Shown: positions 7,947 through 17,297 of the stretch, in pieces
Numbering within the stretch: the stretch's first letter is position 1
Layout: the number at the start of each line of letters is the position of its first letter
Source of the DNA: Chloroflexota bacterium
GTDB taxonomy: Bacteria; Chloroflexota; Anaerolineae; JAAYEA01
Assembly (NCBI GenBank): GCA_036841525.1
Contig: DAITVZ010000011.1
Location: forward strand, 534 to 64,533
Reading direction: 5' to 3'
DNA length: 64,000 nt
The notes under the pieces: model-generated
Told to the model about the DNA's origin: nothing
What the model saw: the letters and a program-made list of their open reading frames with translations, nothing else
Databases searched by the model: none
Translations under genes and position numbers: made by a program

Positions 7947-10454
7947 CTATGGGGCTGACCGGACTCCGCCAGCCTCCACCGCTGGGCGGCCACGCCACCG
8001 GTTGGAGACGAACTTGGCCAGCTCCACCACCAGCAGCATTCCCAGGGCCACACCGCCGATGAGCGCCCATTGGGCCAGGTGCAGGTGTTCGATGCCCAGC
8101 ATGTTGCGAATCGGCGCCACTTGAAAAGCGCCGAACGCCAGGGCCAACCCGGCCACCACCGCCCAGATGAGCGGCTTGTTGGCGGACAGCTTGTTGATGT
8201 GCAGCAGAGAGCGCCGCAAGCTGCGGTAGGGAAAGATATAGATCATCGAGTTCACGGCAAAGACGCCAAAGGCCAGAGACTGGGCGCTGCGCAGGTCTTG
8301 ATGCGTCAGCCAGTAGTGACCGAAAAGCGCCAGGGCCACCACTGCGCTTGCGCCACTGATGATGCCGATCAGCGACAGACTCAACCGGTTGAGGATCGGC
8401 TCATCCCGCCGTTTGGGCTTCTCGTCCATGATACCCGCTTCCTTGGGCTCGAAGCCGAGGACGATATCGGATGGGCCATCACAGATCAGATGAATCCACA
8501 GGATCTGAGCCACAGCCAGCGGCGCGGGCCAGCCCAGCACCATGGCGGCGAAAATGGTAAGCACCTCGGCGAACGAATTGGAGAGCGTGTAGGCCACGAC
8601 CTTGCGGATATTCTCAAAGATGACACGGCCTTCCTCGATCGCCGCCACCACCGTTCGAAAGTTGTTATCCAACAGGATCAGGTCAGCCGTCTCTTTGGCC
8701 ACATCCGTGGCGCTGCCGACGACCACGCCGATGTTGGACCGCTTCAGCGCAGGGGCATCGTTGACGCCATCGCCGATCATTGCCACCATCTCGCCGTTGG
8801 CTTGCAGCGCCTTGACGATGCGCAGCTTGTCCTGCGGGCGGATACGGGAAAAGACCGCCGTCCGTTCCACTCGCTGCTTCAGCGCCTCGTCATCCAGCGC
8901 GGCCAGTTCTGCGCCCTCCATCACCTGGCTGTCGTCCACTTTGAGGCCAGCCATGGCCGCGATGCGCACTGCCGTACGGCGATAGTCCCCGGTGACCATC
9001 TTGACGGCAACGCCGGCCCGGTGTGCGATATCAATGGACTCGCGCACCCCCTCACGAATGGGATCCTCCATGGCCACCAGCCCAACCCAGGTGTATCCGC
9101 TCCGCGTTTCCAGCGATGCCGCCTCACGGACCGCCAAGCCCAAGGGGCGCAGCCCCTCGCCAGCCCACTGGTCCACTAGACCCAGCACCCGCTGGCGTTG
9201 CTCGTCGCTGGCCTGGCACATGCCCAGCACCACCTCCGGCGCGCCCTTGAGATAATCCAGACTCTGCCCATCTATGCGGTTGGACGTGACCATGAACTTG
9301 GCCTCGCTGGTGAACGGCTCCTCCCCCAGGCGCTCGGCTTGCTCGAGCAGACGTTCGGGATCGTCGCCCAGCTCCTGGCGAGCGAACTCCCACAAGGCCA
9401 CATCCACGGGCCCATCCAGGTTGTTGCACAGGATCATGGTCTGCACCGCGCGGTCCTGGTCCGCAAAGTCGTGGTGGGTCACGCGCATGCGCCCTTCGGT
9501 GAGGGTGCCCGTCTTGTCGGTGCAGATCACGGTCACCGAGCCAAGGGTCTCCACGGCCAAAAGCTTCTTCACCAGTCCGTTGCGCTTCAGGATCTTGCGC
9601 ATGCCCAGCACCAGTACCACCGTCACCGCGATGAGGAGCCCCTCCGGCACTGCGGCGATAGCCAGGATGATGGACACGCGCAGCATCTCCACCATGTCGC
9701 GACCCGTGATCACACCCACGATATAGATGCCGAGCGTCACGGCGATCACCAGCTTGGTGAGGGACTTGCTGAACTGCTTCAGGCGTGTCTGCAGCGGCGT
9801 CTCCTGCTCTTCCGCCTCGTGCAGGCTAGTGGCGATCTTGCCTAGCTCGGCGTGGATGCCGGTTTCCGTGACAGCCATCACCCCTCGACCGGTAACAACC
9901 GTGGTGCCCATGTACACCGGCTGCTTGGCGGCAGCGTCATCGCTCTTGGTAACTGGCTCGCTTTCACCAGTCAGGATAGCCTCGTCGACCGCCAGCTTGG
10001 CGCTCTCCAGCAACACGCCATCCGCTGGGATGCGCTCGCCGGCGCCCAGCACCACCAGGTCGCCTGGCACCAACTCCCAGACTTCCACTTCCTGGCGCTG
10101 GCCGTCGCGGATAGCGATGGCTGTGGGCTTGAGTAGGCTCTTCAGGGCGGTATAAGTGCGCTGAGCCTGGTACTCCTGCACAAAACCCAGCACCGCGTCG
10201 ATCACGACCACTGCCATAATGATGGCAAAGTCAGTCATCTCGCCCATGATCAGCGAAATGAGCGCAGCGGCCAAGATGATATACACCAACGGGCTCTTGA
10301 ACTGCGCCAACAAGATCATCCAAGGGGAGACCCCCTTGGTTGTAGGCAGCTCATTCCTGCCGTGCTGCTCACGGCGCTCCAGCACTGCGGCGGAGGTCAA
10401 TCCGCCGCCCTGGTGAGTGGCGACAAACCCCGCAGGCAAACCGTTCTGTCCCAT
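7947..10454 (-). CDS. P-type cation-transporting ATPase (P2-type, Ca2+/Mg2+-like)
   Basis: The signature motifs DKTGTLT, PEGL, TGDYRRTA and GDGVNDAPAL are present. The start is at MGQNGL, after a GGAGGGG SD. Confidence 0.85.
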   Translation of the reverse strand: MGQNGLPAGFVATHQGGGLTSAAVLERREQHGRNELPTTKGVSPWMILLAQFKSPLVYIILAAALISLIMGEMTDFAIIMAVVVIDAVLGFVQEYQAQRTYTALKSLLKPTAIAIRDGQRQEVEVWELVPGDLVVLGAGERIPADGVLLESAKLAVDEAILTGESEPVTKSDDAAAKQPVYMGTTVVTGRGVMAVTETGIHAELGKIATSLHEAEEQETPLQTRLKQFSKSLTKLVIAVTLGIYIVGVITGRDMVEMLRVSIILAIAAVPEGLLIAVTVVLVLGMRKILKRNGLVKKLLAVETLGSVTVICTDKTGTLTEGRMRVTHHDFADQDRAVQTMILCNNLDGPVDVALWEFARQELGDDPERLLEQAERLGEEPFTSEAKFMVTSNRIDGQSLDYLKGAPEVVLGMCQASDEQRQRVLGLVDQWAGEGLRPLGLAVREAASLETRSGYTWVGLVAMEDPIREGVRESIDIAHRAGVAVKMVTGDYRRTAVRIAAMAGLKVDDSQVMEGAELAALDDEALKQRVERTAVFSRIRPQDKLRIVKALQANGEMVAMIGDGVNDAPALKRSNIGVVVGSATDVAKETADLILLDNNFRTVVAAIEEGRVIFENIRKVVAYTLSNSFAEVLTIFAAMVLGWPAPLAVAQILWIHLICDGPSDIVLGFEPKEAGIMDEKPKRRDEPILNRLSLSLIGIISGASAVVALALFGHYWLTHQDLRSAQSLAFGVFAVNSMIYIFPYRSLRRSLLHINKLSANKPLIWAVVAGLALAFGAFQVAPIRNMLGIEHLHLAQWALIGGVALGMLLVVELAKFVSNRWRGRPAVEAGGVRSAP

Positions 10455-10539
10455 GGATACCCCTCCATCATATAGATCGTGGTGGCGGAGCATTCCCTGC
10501 GCCTGGCCGCGCCCCATGGGCAGCGTCCAGGTAGCAGCT

Positions 10540-10622
10540 CCTAAACAAAAAAGGTATTGGGACGGGCTAACGTCGGGCAACTTGCGGGTCTGTCCGGCGC
10601 TAGCCTGATCCCAATACCTTTT
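10540..10622 (-). ncRNA. structured leader / candidate small RNA: a 14-bp stem enclosing a 46-nt loop, followed by a U-tract
   Basis: On the minus strand AAAAGGTATTGGGA pairs with TCCCAATACCTTTT, followed by TTTTTTGTTT. The element sits about 7 nt downstream of a perfect promoter and about 90 nt upstream of the ATPase ATG. Confidence 0.45.
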
Positions 10623-10633
10623 CGACTGAACAG

Positions 10634-10662
10634 ATTATACCTAATCGCCGCTTCTGAGTCAA
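10634..10662 (-). promoter_or_regulatory. consensus promoter TTGACT-17-TATAAT immediately upstream of the hairpin element
   Basis: On the minus strand the -35 is at 10657-10662 and the -10 at 10634-10639. Confidence 0.6.
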
Positions 10663-10786
10663 ATCGTGACGATGCCCAACACCCCCGTGCTGGTTTGACC
10701 CGCCCTCGATCTATCCTCGGAGGATGCCATCTCGCTCCCGTTCCTCGGGCTGCCGCGCGTGGCGGCGGCCTACGCTTCCAGCCCTC

Positions 10787-11440
10787 TCATTTGACCTGCT
10801 GCGGGAGGGCCTGGCGCAGCAACCGCCTGGCGTCGTTCAGGCTGGTGCTGCCCAGGAGGTACTTTTGCTTGCCGTTGGCTCCCTCGATGACCATGCGGCG
10901 CTCGACCTTGCCCGACTCGTCGTCCTCGCTCTCGCTCAGGCTGATCTTTTTGATCTCCCCCACCGTGATGGCAAAGCTGCCCGGATACTCGGCCAGTATC
11001 TCGTCGCCGGTCTTGCCCTCGTAGCGCCGGATGAGCGACTGCACCCAGCCCATCTGCGCCGCCCACTGCCCCATGAACCCCGCGCCTTTCGCCTTGGCCT
11101 CGTCACGAGCGGCCGCCACCATCTCTTTCATGAGCTGGGTCGTCACCAAGGCAAAGATCAGCCGCTTGGGGGTGATGATCACGCTATAGTTCTCGTAGCT
11201 CAGGCCCATGAACCCCTTGCGCCGCTGCACGTTGGGCATGATGCCGAGGATCGGCTCGCTCGGGGCGGCCGCGGGCCGCGCTGGCTCGCCGACGGGCGGC
11301 CGTCCGACGGGCTCGGGCGCAGGTTGCCGCCCTGGCGCCGCTGGGATGGGCTCGACCGCATTTCCGCAGCGACCGCAGAACCGCGCGCCAGAGGGAAGTG
11401 GGGTGCCACATTGGGTGCAGAACTCGGGTGTTGAGCTCAC
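10787..11440 (-). CDS. zinc-ribbon domain protein with Pro-rich linker and C-terminal PH-like domain
   Basis: GTG start after AAGGAG. The N-terminus contains CTQCG...CGRCG. Confidence 0.55.
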   Translation of the reverse strand: MSSTPEFCTQCGTPLPSGARFCGRCGNAVEPIPAAPGRQPAPEPVGRPPVGEPARPAAAPSEPILGIMPNVQRRKGFMGLSYENYSVIITPKRLIFALVTTQLMKEMVAAARDEAKAKGAGFMGQWAAQMGWVQSLIRRYEGKTGDEILAEYPGSFAITVGEIKKISLSESEDDESGKVERRMVIEGANGKQKYLLGSTSLNDARRLLRQALPQQVK

Positions 11441-11552
11441 GTTCGGCTCCTTTTTGGGGTGTGATCGGTATCCAGCGCTCCGTCTGGTGGCCGGATTATC
11501 CCACAGGCGCCGCGCAGGCGCAAATGGCGAAACCAAGCCCTCCGCGCCGCAG

Positions 11553-11580
11553 TTGACAAGTGGCCAAAACGGCCTATCAT
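11553..11580 (+). promoter_or_regulatory. consensus promoter TTGACA-16-TATCAT for the CDF gene
   Basis: -35 at 11553-11558 and -10 at 11575-11580. Confidence 0.6.
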
Positions 11581-11621
11581 TGGGGGATTGGGAGGCGCAG
11601 CCGTTCAACTCTCCTCCCAAG

Positions 11622-13022
11622 ATGGAGAAGACCATGGAGACAGTTCGCGGCATCAGGCGCGTGCTATGGGTCACGATGGGTCTCAACGTGGTGGCCACGG
11701 TGGCCAAACTGGTGATCGGATTCCTCACCGGCTCCCTGGCGCTCATCGCCGACGGCTTTGACTCGGTGTTCGACTCGCTCTCCAACGTCATCGGCCTGGT
11801 GGGCGTCCAGGTGGCCGCCCGGCCCGCTGACGAGGACCATCCCTACGGCCACCGCAAGGCCGAGACCCTCACGGCGCTGATCATCGCCACGCTGCTATTC
11901 ATCACGGCCTGGGAGCTGGGCAAGAGCGCCATCGAGCGGCTCCGCGATCCCTCCCTCATCGAGACCGAGGTGAATCTCCTCAGCTTTGGCGCCTTGTTCG
12001 TCAGCGTCGCCATCCACACCCTGGTGGTCTGGTACGAGCTGCGCGAGGGCCGCCGCCTGGGCAGCGACGTGCTGGTCGCCGACGCGCTGCACACCCGCGC
12101 CGACATCTTTGTCTCGCTCGCGGTGGCCGCCGGGCTGATCGCCGTCCACCTTGGCTTCCCCCTGGCCGACCCCATTTTGGCCCTGGTGATCGCGGTGGTC
12201 ATCGTCAAGATCGGCATCGACATCATCCGCGAGAGCTCCCCCACGCTCATGGACCACGTCACCTTGCCCCCCGCGGAGGTGCTCAATACCGCCCTCTCCG
12301 TCCCCGGCGTGGTCTCTGGCCACCAGGCGCGCAGCCGCGGGCATGATGGCTCCATCTATGCCGACCTGCACATCCGGGTGGACCCCGGCATGAGCACCGC
12401 CCAAGCCCATGCCATCGCCCACGAGGTGCAGCGCCGGCTCCGCGATAGCCACCCCGACATCCAGGACGTGACCATTCACGTCGAGCCAGCGGAAGACGCG
12501 GCGCGCTCCCGCCGCGAGGCCATCGAGGTGCACTTGCGGCGGCTGGCCGATGGGCTCGCACTGAGCATCCACGATCTTTGGGCTCACACCATGAATGACA
12601 AGTACTATGTCGAAATCGACCTGGAGACGGATGGGGCGCTCTCGCTCCAGCAGGCCCACGGCCTCGCCTCGTCCTTCGAGACGCGCGCGCTCGCCGAGAT
12701 CCCCGACCTGGCCGAACTGACCACGCACATCGAGCCGCGCGGTCAGTTGATGGAGGCGGTGGACCTGGACGTTGAACAGGGGCGCATTGCCGCGACGGTG
12801 CGGCAAGTGGTCAATGCGACCACCGGCGGGGACACCTGCCACCAGCTCCAGGTCCACCGTGGCGCGGCGGGCTGGGCGGTCTCGTTCCACTGCCGCCTCC
12901 CTGGCGATACGCCGCTCTCTCAGGCTCACAGCTTTAGCACACGGTTGGAGTCGGACCTGCGCGCTCGGGTACCCGGCCTGGAACGGGTCCTGATTCACAC
13001 CGAGCCGCGCCAGGGCCAATAG
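11622..13022 (+). CDS. cation diffusion facilitator (CDF) family transporter with additional tandem C-terminal cytoplasmic domains
   Basis: A six-TM core with the ADGFDS and HTRAD motifs is present. The protein is about 467 aa against a typical ~300 aa. It has a repeated CTD-like segment; the ATG at 11634 is an alternative start. Confidence 0.75.
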   Translation: MEKTMETVRGIRRVLWVTMGLNVVATVAKLVIGFLTGSLALIADGFDSVFDSLSNVIGLVGVQVAARPADEDHPYGHRKAETLTALIIATLLFITAWELGKSAIERLRDPSLIETEVNLLSFGALFVSVAIHTLVVWYELREGRRLGSDVLVADALHTRADIFVSLAVAAGLIAVHLGFPLADPILALVIAVVIVKIGIDIIRESSPTLMDHVTLPPAEVLNTALSVPGVVSGHQARSRGHDGSIYADLHIRVDPGMSTAQAHAIAHEVQRRLRDSHPDIQDVTIHVEPAEDAARSRREAIEVHLRRLADGLALSIHDLWAHTMNDKYYVEIDLETDGALSLQQAHGLASSFETRALAEIPDLAELTTHIEPRGQLMEAVDLDVEQGRIAATVRQVVNATTGGDTCHQLQVHRGAAGWAVSFHCRLPGDTPLSQAHSFSTRLESDLRARVPGLERVLIHTEPRQGQ

Positions 13023-13042
13023 TCGAAGGAAGGGGGCTGCCC

Positions 13043-14092
13043 ATGTCTGTGCGCATCGCTCAGATCGGCGTGGATCACCCCCACGCCGCCGGATACCGTG
13101 ACACGCTGCTCGGCATGCCCGAGGTCGAGCTGGTGGCCTGCTGCGACGCGGACCCCGTCGCGGCCCGCGAGCTGCTCCAGCCCGAGCTTCGGGGCTTGCC
13201 CATCTACCGCAGCCTGCCGGCGCTCTTGCGCGAGGCGCGCCCAGAGGCAGTGCTGATCACCCTGCCGAACGCCGCCACCCCCGACGCGATCATCCAGGCG
13301 GCCCAGGGCGGGATCCACGTCTACGCCGAAAAGCCCTGCGCGCGCACCGCCGCCGGGTTTCTCCCCGCGCTGGAGGCCGTGCGCCAGGCCGGGGTCCAGT
13401 TCGCCACCGGCTACCTCAGGCGCTGCTCCCCCATCGGTCAGGCCATCCGCCAGATCGTGGAGCAGGGGCTATTGGGTCGCCTTGTCTCGGTGGAGGCGCG
13501 CTGGATCACCACCAGCGTGCAGGCCCGCAACCCTCAGCACTTCCTCTTCGACGAGGCCCAGAGCGGCGGCGGCATCCTCCACTGGCTGGGCTGTCACTGG
13601 CTCGACTTTATGCGCTGGGCCAGCGGCGCCGAGGTGACCGAGGTCTCGGCGATCCTGGATACCCTCAGCGGCGCCCCCATCGAGGTGGAAGACATGGCCG
13701 CGGTGGCGCTCCGCTACGATGACGGCATGATCGGCAGCCTCCACTGCGGCTACGTCACCGACAAGTCCACCACCCAGCTCTTCTTTGGGCTGCGCGGGAC
13801 GCTGGGCTGGCTGGAGTGGCAGCGCATGGACGATGGCTTTACCGCCCACAGCGCCCACCCCGCTTGGCACACCGCGCCCACGCGCACCTTCCACTTTGAG
13901 CCAGAGCCAACGAAGGGATACCTGGGCGCCACCGGCGTCGCGGCGCTGCGGAGCTTTATCGCCTCCTTCCGCGAGGGCGCCGCGCCGTGGTTCCAGGCCG
14001 ACGAGGCGCTTCGCATCCTGGAGGTGCTGGACGCCGCGCACGAGTCCTCTCGCACGGGGCAGCGGATCGCCATCCCGGCCGGCCCGCGTTAG
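13043..14092 (+). CDS. Gfo/Idh/MocA family oxidoreductase
   Basis: The N-terminal Rossmann region IAQIGVDHPHA...EKP supports the call. A GAAGGAAGGGGG SD is present. Confidence 0.7.
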   Translation: MSVRIAQIGVDHPHAAGYRDTLLGMPEVELVACCDADPVAARELLQPELRGLPIYRSLPALLREARPEAVLITLPNAATPDAIIQAAQGGIHVYAEKPCARTAAGFLPALEAVRQAGVQFATGYLRRCSPIGQAIRQIVEQGLLGRLVSVEARWITTSVQARNPQHFLFDEAQSGGGILHWLGCHWLDFMRWASGAEVTEVSAILDTLSGAPIEVEDMAAVALRYDDGMIGSLHCGYVTDKSTTQLFFGLRGTLGWLEWQRMDDGFTAHSAHPAWHTAPTRTFHFEPEPTKGYLGATGVAALRSFIASFREGAAPWFQADEALRILEVLDAAHESSRTGQRIAIPAGPR

Positions 14093-14111
14093 CTCACCGC
14101 GGCCACGCAAT

Positions 14112-14140
14112 TTGCCAGACAAGGCTTTTGGTGCTTTACT
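14112..14140 (+). promoter_or_regulatory. promoter TTGCCA-17-TTTACT
   Basis: Read directly in the lower-GC spacer upstream of the 14188 gene. Confidence 0.35.
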
Positions 14141-14187
14141 AGGGGCGCAGTTGTTTGTTCCTAAGCTATCGCTCAAGGGGGTTGGAG

Positions 14188-14730
14188 ATGGCAGGTGAGT
14201 TTGGTTATGTAACATCGCTCTTGGGGCTGGTCGCGCTGATTTTCGCCTGGGATAGCCTGGAAATCCTGCGAACCAGACGAGCGGAGCTGGTCCAGGCCGT
14301 GGGGGGCAAGGTGCTGACTGGCCTGGCCCTGGGCCTGATGGTCTTTGGCGCGGTGGGGATGCTCGTATCGGTGGTGTTTGCCGCCACCGGCAACGGCGAG
14401 ATGCTGCTGCGACTCAGCCACGGGCTGCTGGATGTGGCGCTGTGGCAGGTCGTCCTGCTGCACCTCGTGATCCTCGCCCTGTTCATCCGCATGAAGTGGA
14501 AGCCGCTGCCGGGACCGTTCGTGGCCCTCCTCGGCGCGATCCCCTTCGCCATCCACCTGCTTTCCTTCGAGAGCTTTGGCTCCATCATGGACGGGACCAG
14601 TTGGATCGCGCCGCTACTGGGCGCCCTGGCCACCCTGATCGTCTGCTACGCCGTCCTGCGGCCCGCCTGGGAACGACTGCGCGGAAAAGGGCCCGCAGCG
14701 GCCGATGCGCCGGAGGGCGCTCAGGGCTAG
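14188..14730 (+). CDS. hypothetical polytopic membrane protein
   Basis: About five hydrophobic segments are present. An AAGGGGG SD precedes the start. Confidence 0.55.
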   Translation: MAGEFGYVTSLLGLVALIFAWDSLEILRTRRAELVQAVGGKVLTGLALGLMVFGAVGMLVSVVFAATGNGEMLLRLSHGLLDVALWQVVLLHLVILALFIRMKWKPLPGPFVALLGAIPFAIHLLSFESFGSIMDGTSWIAPLLGALATLIVCYAVLRPAWERLRGKGPAAADAPEGAQG

Positions 14731-14763
14731 CCCTTTGACCACACATCTTCTGGGAGGCACGCC

Positions 14764-15861
14764 ATGAGCATCGCAGAAGTACAGACCAAAGAGGACCGCG
14801 TCCGCGCCATGATGGCCGCCAAGGGACTGGACGCCCTCCTCGTCCGCGGCGTGAGCAACTTTGCCTGGCTCACCGACGGCGCGTCCAATTTCGTCAGCGT
14901 CAACGCCGCGGATGGCAATTCCTGGCTGCTTTTCACGCCCACGGCCAAGACCGTGATCTGCAACAACATCGAGGCAACCCGCTTGCGAGCGGAGGAAGGG
15001 CTGGAGGCCCAGGGCTGCCAGATCGAGGCGGTCCCCTGGCACGTCGCCGAGGACACCGTCGCGCGGCTCACCCCGGGCATGCGGTTGGGCGTCGATGGCT
15101 TCTACCCCAACGCCCTCAACGTCTCCGCCGACCTGGCCGCCTGGCGCATGCTGCTGCTCAAGGGCGAGCGCGAGCGGCTGCGCGAGATCGCCGCCAAGGC
15201 AGGCGAGGCGATCCAGGCCGCCGCGCTCCAGGCCCATCCCGGGATGTCCGAGTACGAGATCGCTGGCGCGCTCGCCAAGGAGGTCCTCTCCCGTGGGATG
15301 ACGCCCATCGTCAACCTGGTGGGGGTGGATGAGCGCATCTGGCAGCACCGCCACCCCCTGGCCACGGCCAAGGTGATGCAGCGCTACGCCATGCTGGCGC
15401 TGGGCGCCCGCTGCCGCGGCCTGGTCGCCGCCGTCTCCCGGCTGATCCATTATGGCCCGCTGCCGGAGGAGGTCAGCCACCGGCAAGAGGCCGTCGCCCG
15501 GGTGGACGCTACCCTCATCGCGGCCACCCGCCCCGGCGCCAAGGTCAGCGACGTCTTCCGCCGCGCCCAGGAGGCCTATGCCGCCGTGGGCTTTCCCGAG
15601 GAGTGGCAGTTCCACCACCAGGGCGGGGCCATCGGCTACGAGGCGCGCGAATACCGCGGCACGCCCACCTCGGCGCAGATCGTGCAGATGGGCCAGGCCT
15701 TCGCCTGGAACCCGTCCATCGCCGGCGCCAAGTCGGAGGATACCATCCTGGTGGAGGAGCACGGCAACGAGATCATCACCGCCGTGGGCGATTGGCCGAC
15801 CATCGCCGTCGAGGTGGATGGACAGGTGATTCACCGCCCGGCAATCAAGGTCGTGGCCTGA
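14764..15861 (+). CDS. M24 family metallopeptidase (Xaa-Pro aminopeptidase/creatinase-like)
   Basis: GGGAGG SD. The product shows the pita-bread fold with metal-ligand region HHQGGAIGYEARE. Confidence 0.7.
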   Translation: MSIAEVQTKEDRVRAMMAAKGLDALLVRGVSNFAWLTDGASNFVSVNAADGNSWLLFTPTAKTVICNNIEATRLRAEEGLEAQGCQIEAVPWHVAEDTVARLTPGMRLGVDGFYPNALNVSADLAAWRMLLLKGERERLREIAAKAGEAIQAAALQAHPGMSEYEIAGALAKEVLSRGMTPIVNLVGVDERIWQHRHPLATAKVMQRYAMLALGARCRGLVAAVSRLIHYGPLPEEVSHRQEAVARVDATLIAATRPGAKVSDVFRRAQEAYAAVGFPEEWQFHHQGGAIGYEAREYRGTPTSAQIVQMGQAFAWNPSIAGAKSEDTILVEEHGNEIITAVGDWPTIAVEVDGQVIHRPAIKVVA

Positions 15862-15893
15862 GCCCCAACCCGCCATTTGCTGGCGAAACGAAC

Positions 15894-15922
15894 GGGCCAA
15901 GCAGTCTCGAACTGCTTGGCCC
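15894..15922. terminator. bidirectional terminator hairpin
   Basis: GGGCCAAGCAG TCTCGAA CTGCTTGGCCC lies between convergent genes. Confidence 0.55.
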
Positions 15923-15960
15923 GTCATTCATGTCCTCAGGAACCACCAAAGCCGGTACGC

Positions 15961-16146
15961 CTACCCTCCCAGCGCGTCGCCGATCAGCAGCCCCAAGAGC
16001 GCGACGATCAACCCCAGGTGAAGCAGCAGCTCCGAGCGGACCAGCCAGCTCCCCGGCCAGGCCAGGTGCACCACCAGGCTGGCCGCCAGCAGCATCACGC
16101 CCAACAGCACCGGCACACCTCGGTACCTGGCCAGCTTTTCGATCAT
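15961..16146 (-). CDS. small membrane protein (61 aa), the last gene of the GH116 operon
   Basis: Two hydrophobic helices are predicted. It lies immediately downstream of the enolase-family gene on the same strand. Confidence 0.4.
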   Translation of the reverse strand: MIEKLARYRGVPVLLGVMLLAASLVVHLAWPGSWLVRSELLLHLGLIVALLGLLIGDALGG

Positions 16147-16157
16147 GGGCCCCTCCC

Positions 16158-17294
16158 CTAGAAGAGCCGCTCGCCGTTGGCGTACCGCGCCACGGCGTCC
16201 ATGTCCAGCGTCAGGCCCAGGCCGGGCTTATCCGGGATCAGCAGCAGCCCCTCATCATCCAACTGCCAGCCGCCAGCGGCGATCTCGTCCACGTAGGGCG
16301 AGCCGGTGAGGTACTCCACCAAGTCCGTGTCCGGGAAGGCGGAGACCAGTTGCAGGTCGGCGGCCACGCCCACCGCCGTGTTCCAGCCATGCGGCACAAA
16401 GCGCACGCCGTTCTCTTGCGCCATCCAGGCGATGCGCCGCTCCTCGCTTATCCCGCCGCACTTGGTCACGTCCGGCTGGACGATGTCAAAAGCCCCCGCC
16501 TGCAGCCAGGGCTGGAAGGCCTGCCGCCGCGTCAGCACCTCGCCGCCCGAGATGGGCAGCGGGGCATTGCGCCGCAGCATCACGTAATCGTCCAGGGCGT
16601 CGGGCTTGAGCGGCTCCTCGAACCAATAGATGTCGTAATCAGCCAGCATCTCGGCCGTGCGCAGCGCCCACTTGTAGCCGTTGCGCCAGTAGGCGTCGCT
16701 GCCGCCCGCATCCACCATGAGCAGCACCTCGTCGCCCACCACCTCGCGCGCCGCAGCCACGATGGCCTCATCCTTGTCGTCGCTCACCCGGCCAAAGGGC
16801 CCCCAGCCCATTTTGAAGGCGCGAAAGCCCTGGGCCTTGAGACGGAGCAGATACTCGGCCAGCGGCTCGGGCTCGTCCATCAGGATCGAGGCATAGGGCC
16901 GCGCCCGGTCGCGATAGCGCCCGCCCAGCAGCCGCCCCACCGGCTGCCCGGTGGCCTGCCCCAGGATGTCCCACAGGGCGATGTCGATGCCGCTGATGGC
17001 GTGCTCGATGCTGCCGCCCCGGCCCAGCCAGAACATGTTCTGCCGCAGCTTTTCGCTCACCCGCTCCGGCTCCAGGGCGTTCTCGCCCCGGTACAGCGGC
17101 TCCAAGACCGCCAGCGCCGCCTTGACCAGGTTGTCGTTGGTAAAGACGCTGCCCAACCCGACCAGCCCCTCGTCCGTGAGCACGGCGATCAGGGTATGCA
17201 CGCAGTCGTCGGGGCGCAGCTCGTTGGACCAGCCGCCCTCCGGCGTGGCGCTGCGCAGCCCCAGCGCCCGAATCTCGCGTATCTTCATGGCCAC
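16158..17294 (-). CDS. enolase-superfamily enzyme (mandelate racemase/muconate lactonizing family; probable sugar-acid dehydratase)
   Basis: The MR/MLE family layout with KxK and D/E/D metal-ligand segments is present (MVDAGGS, FEEPL, DIVQPD). Confidence 0.8.
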   Translation of the reverse strand: MAMKIREIRALGLRSATPEGGWSNELRPDDCVHTLIAVLTDEGLVGLGSVFTNDNLVKAALAVLEPLYRGENALEPERVSEKLRQNMFWLGRGGSIEHAISGIDIALWDILGQATGQPVGRLLGGRYRDRARPYASILMDEPEPLAEYLLRLKAQGFRAFKMGWGPFGRVSDDKDEAIVAAAREVVGDEVLLMVDAGGSDAYWRNGYKWALRTAEMLADYDIYWFEEPLKPDALDDYVMLRRNAPLPISGGEVLTRRQAFQPWLQAGAFDIVQPDVTKCGGISEERRIAWMAQENGVRFVPHGWNTAVGVAADLQLVSAFPDTDLVEYLTGSPYVDEIAAGGWQLDDEGLLLIPDKPGLGLTLDMDAVARYANGERLF

Positions 17295-17297
17295 CTC

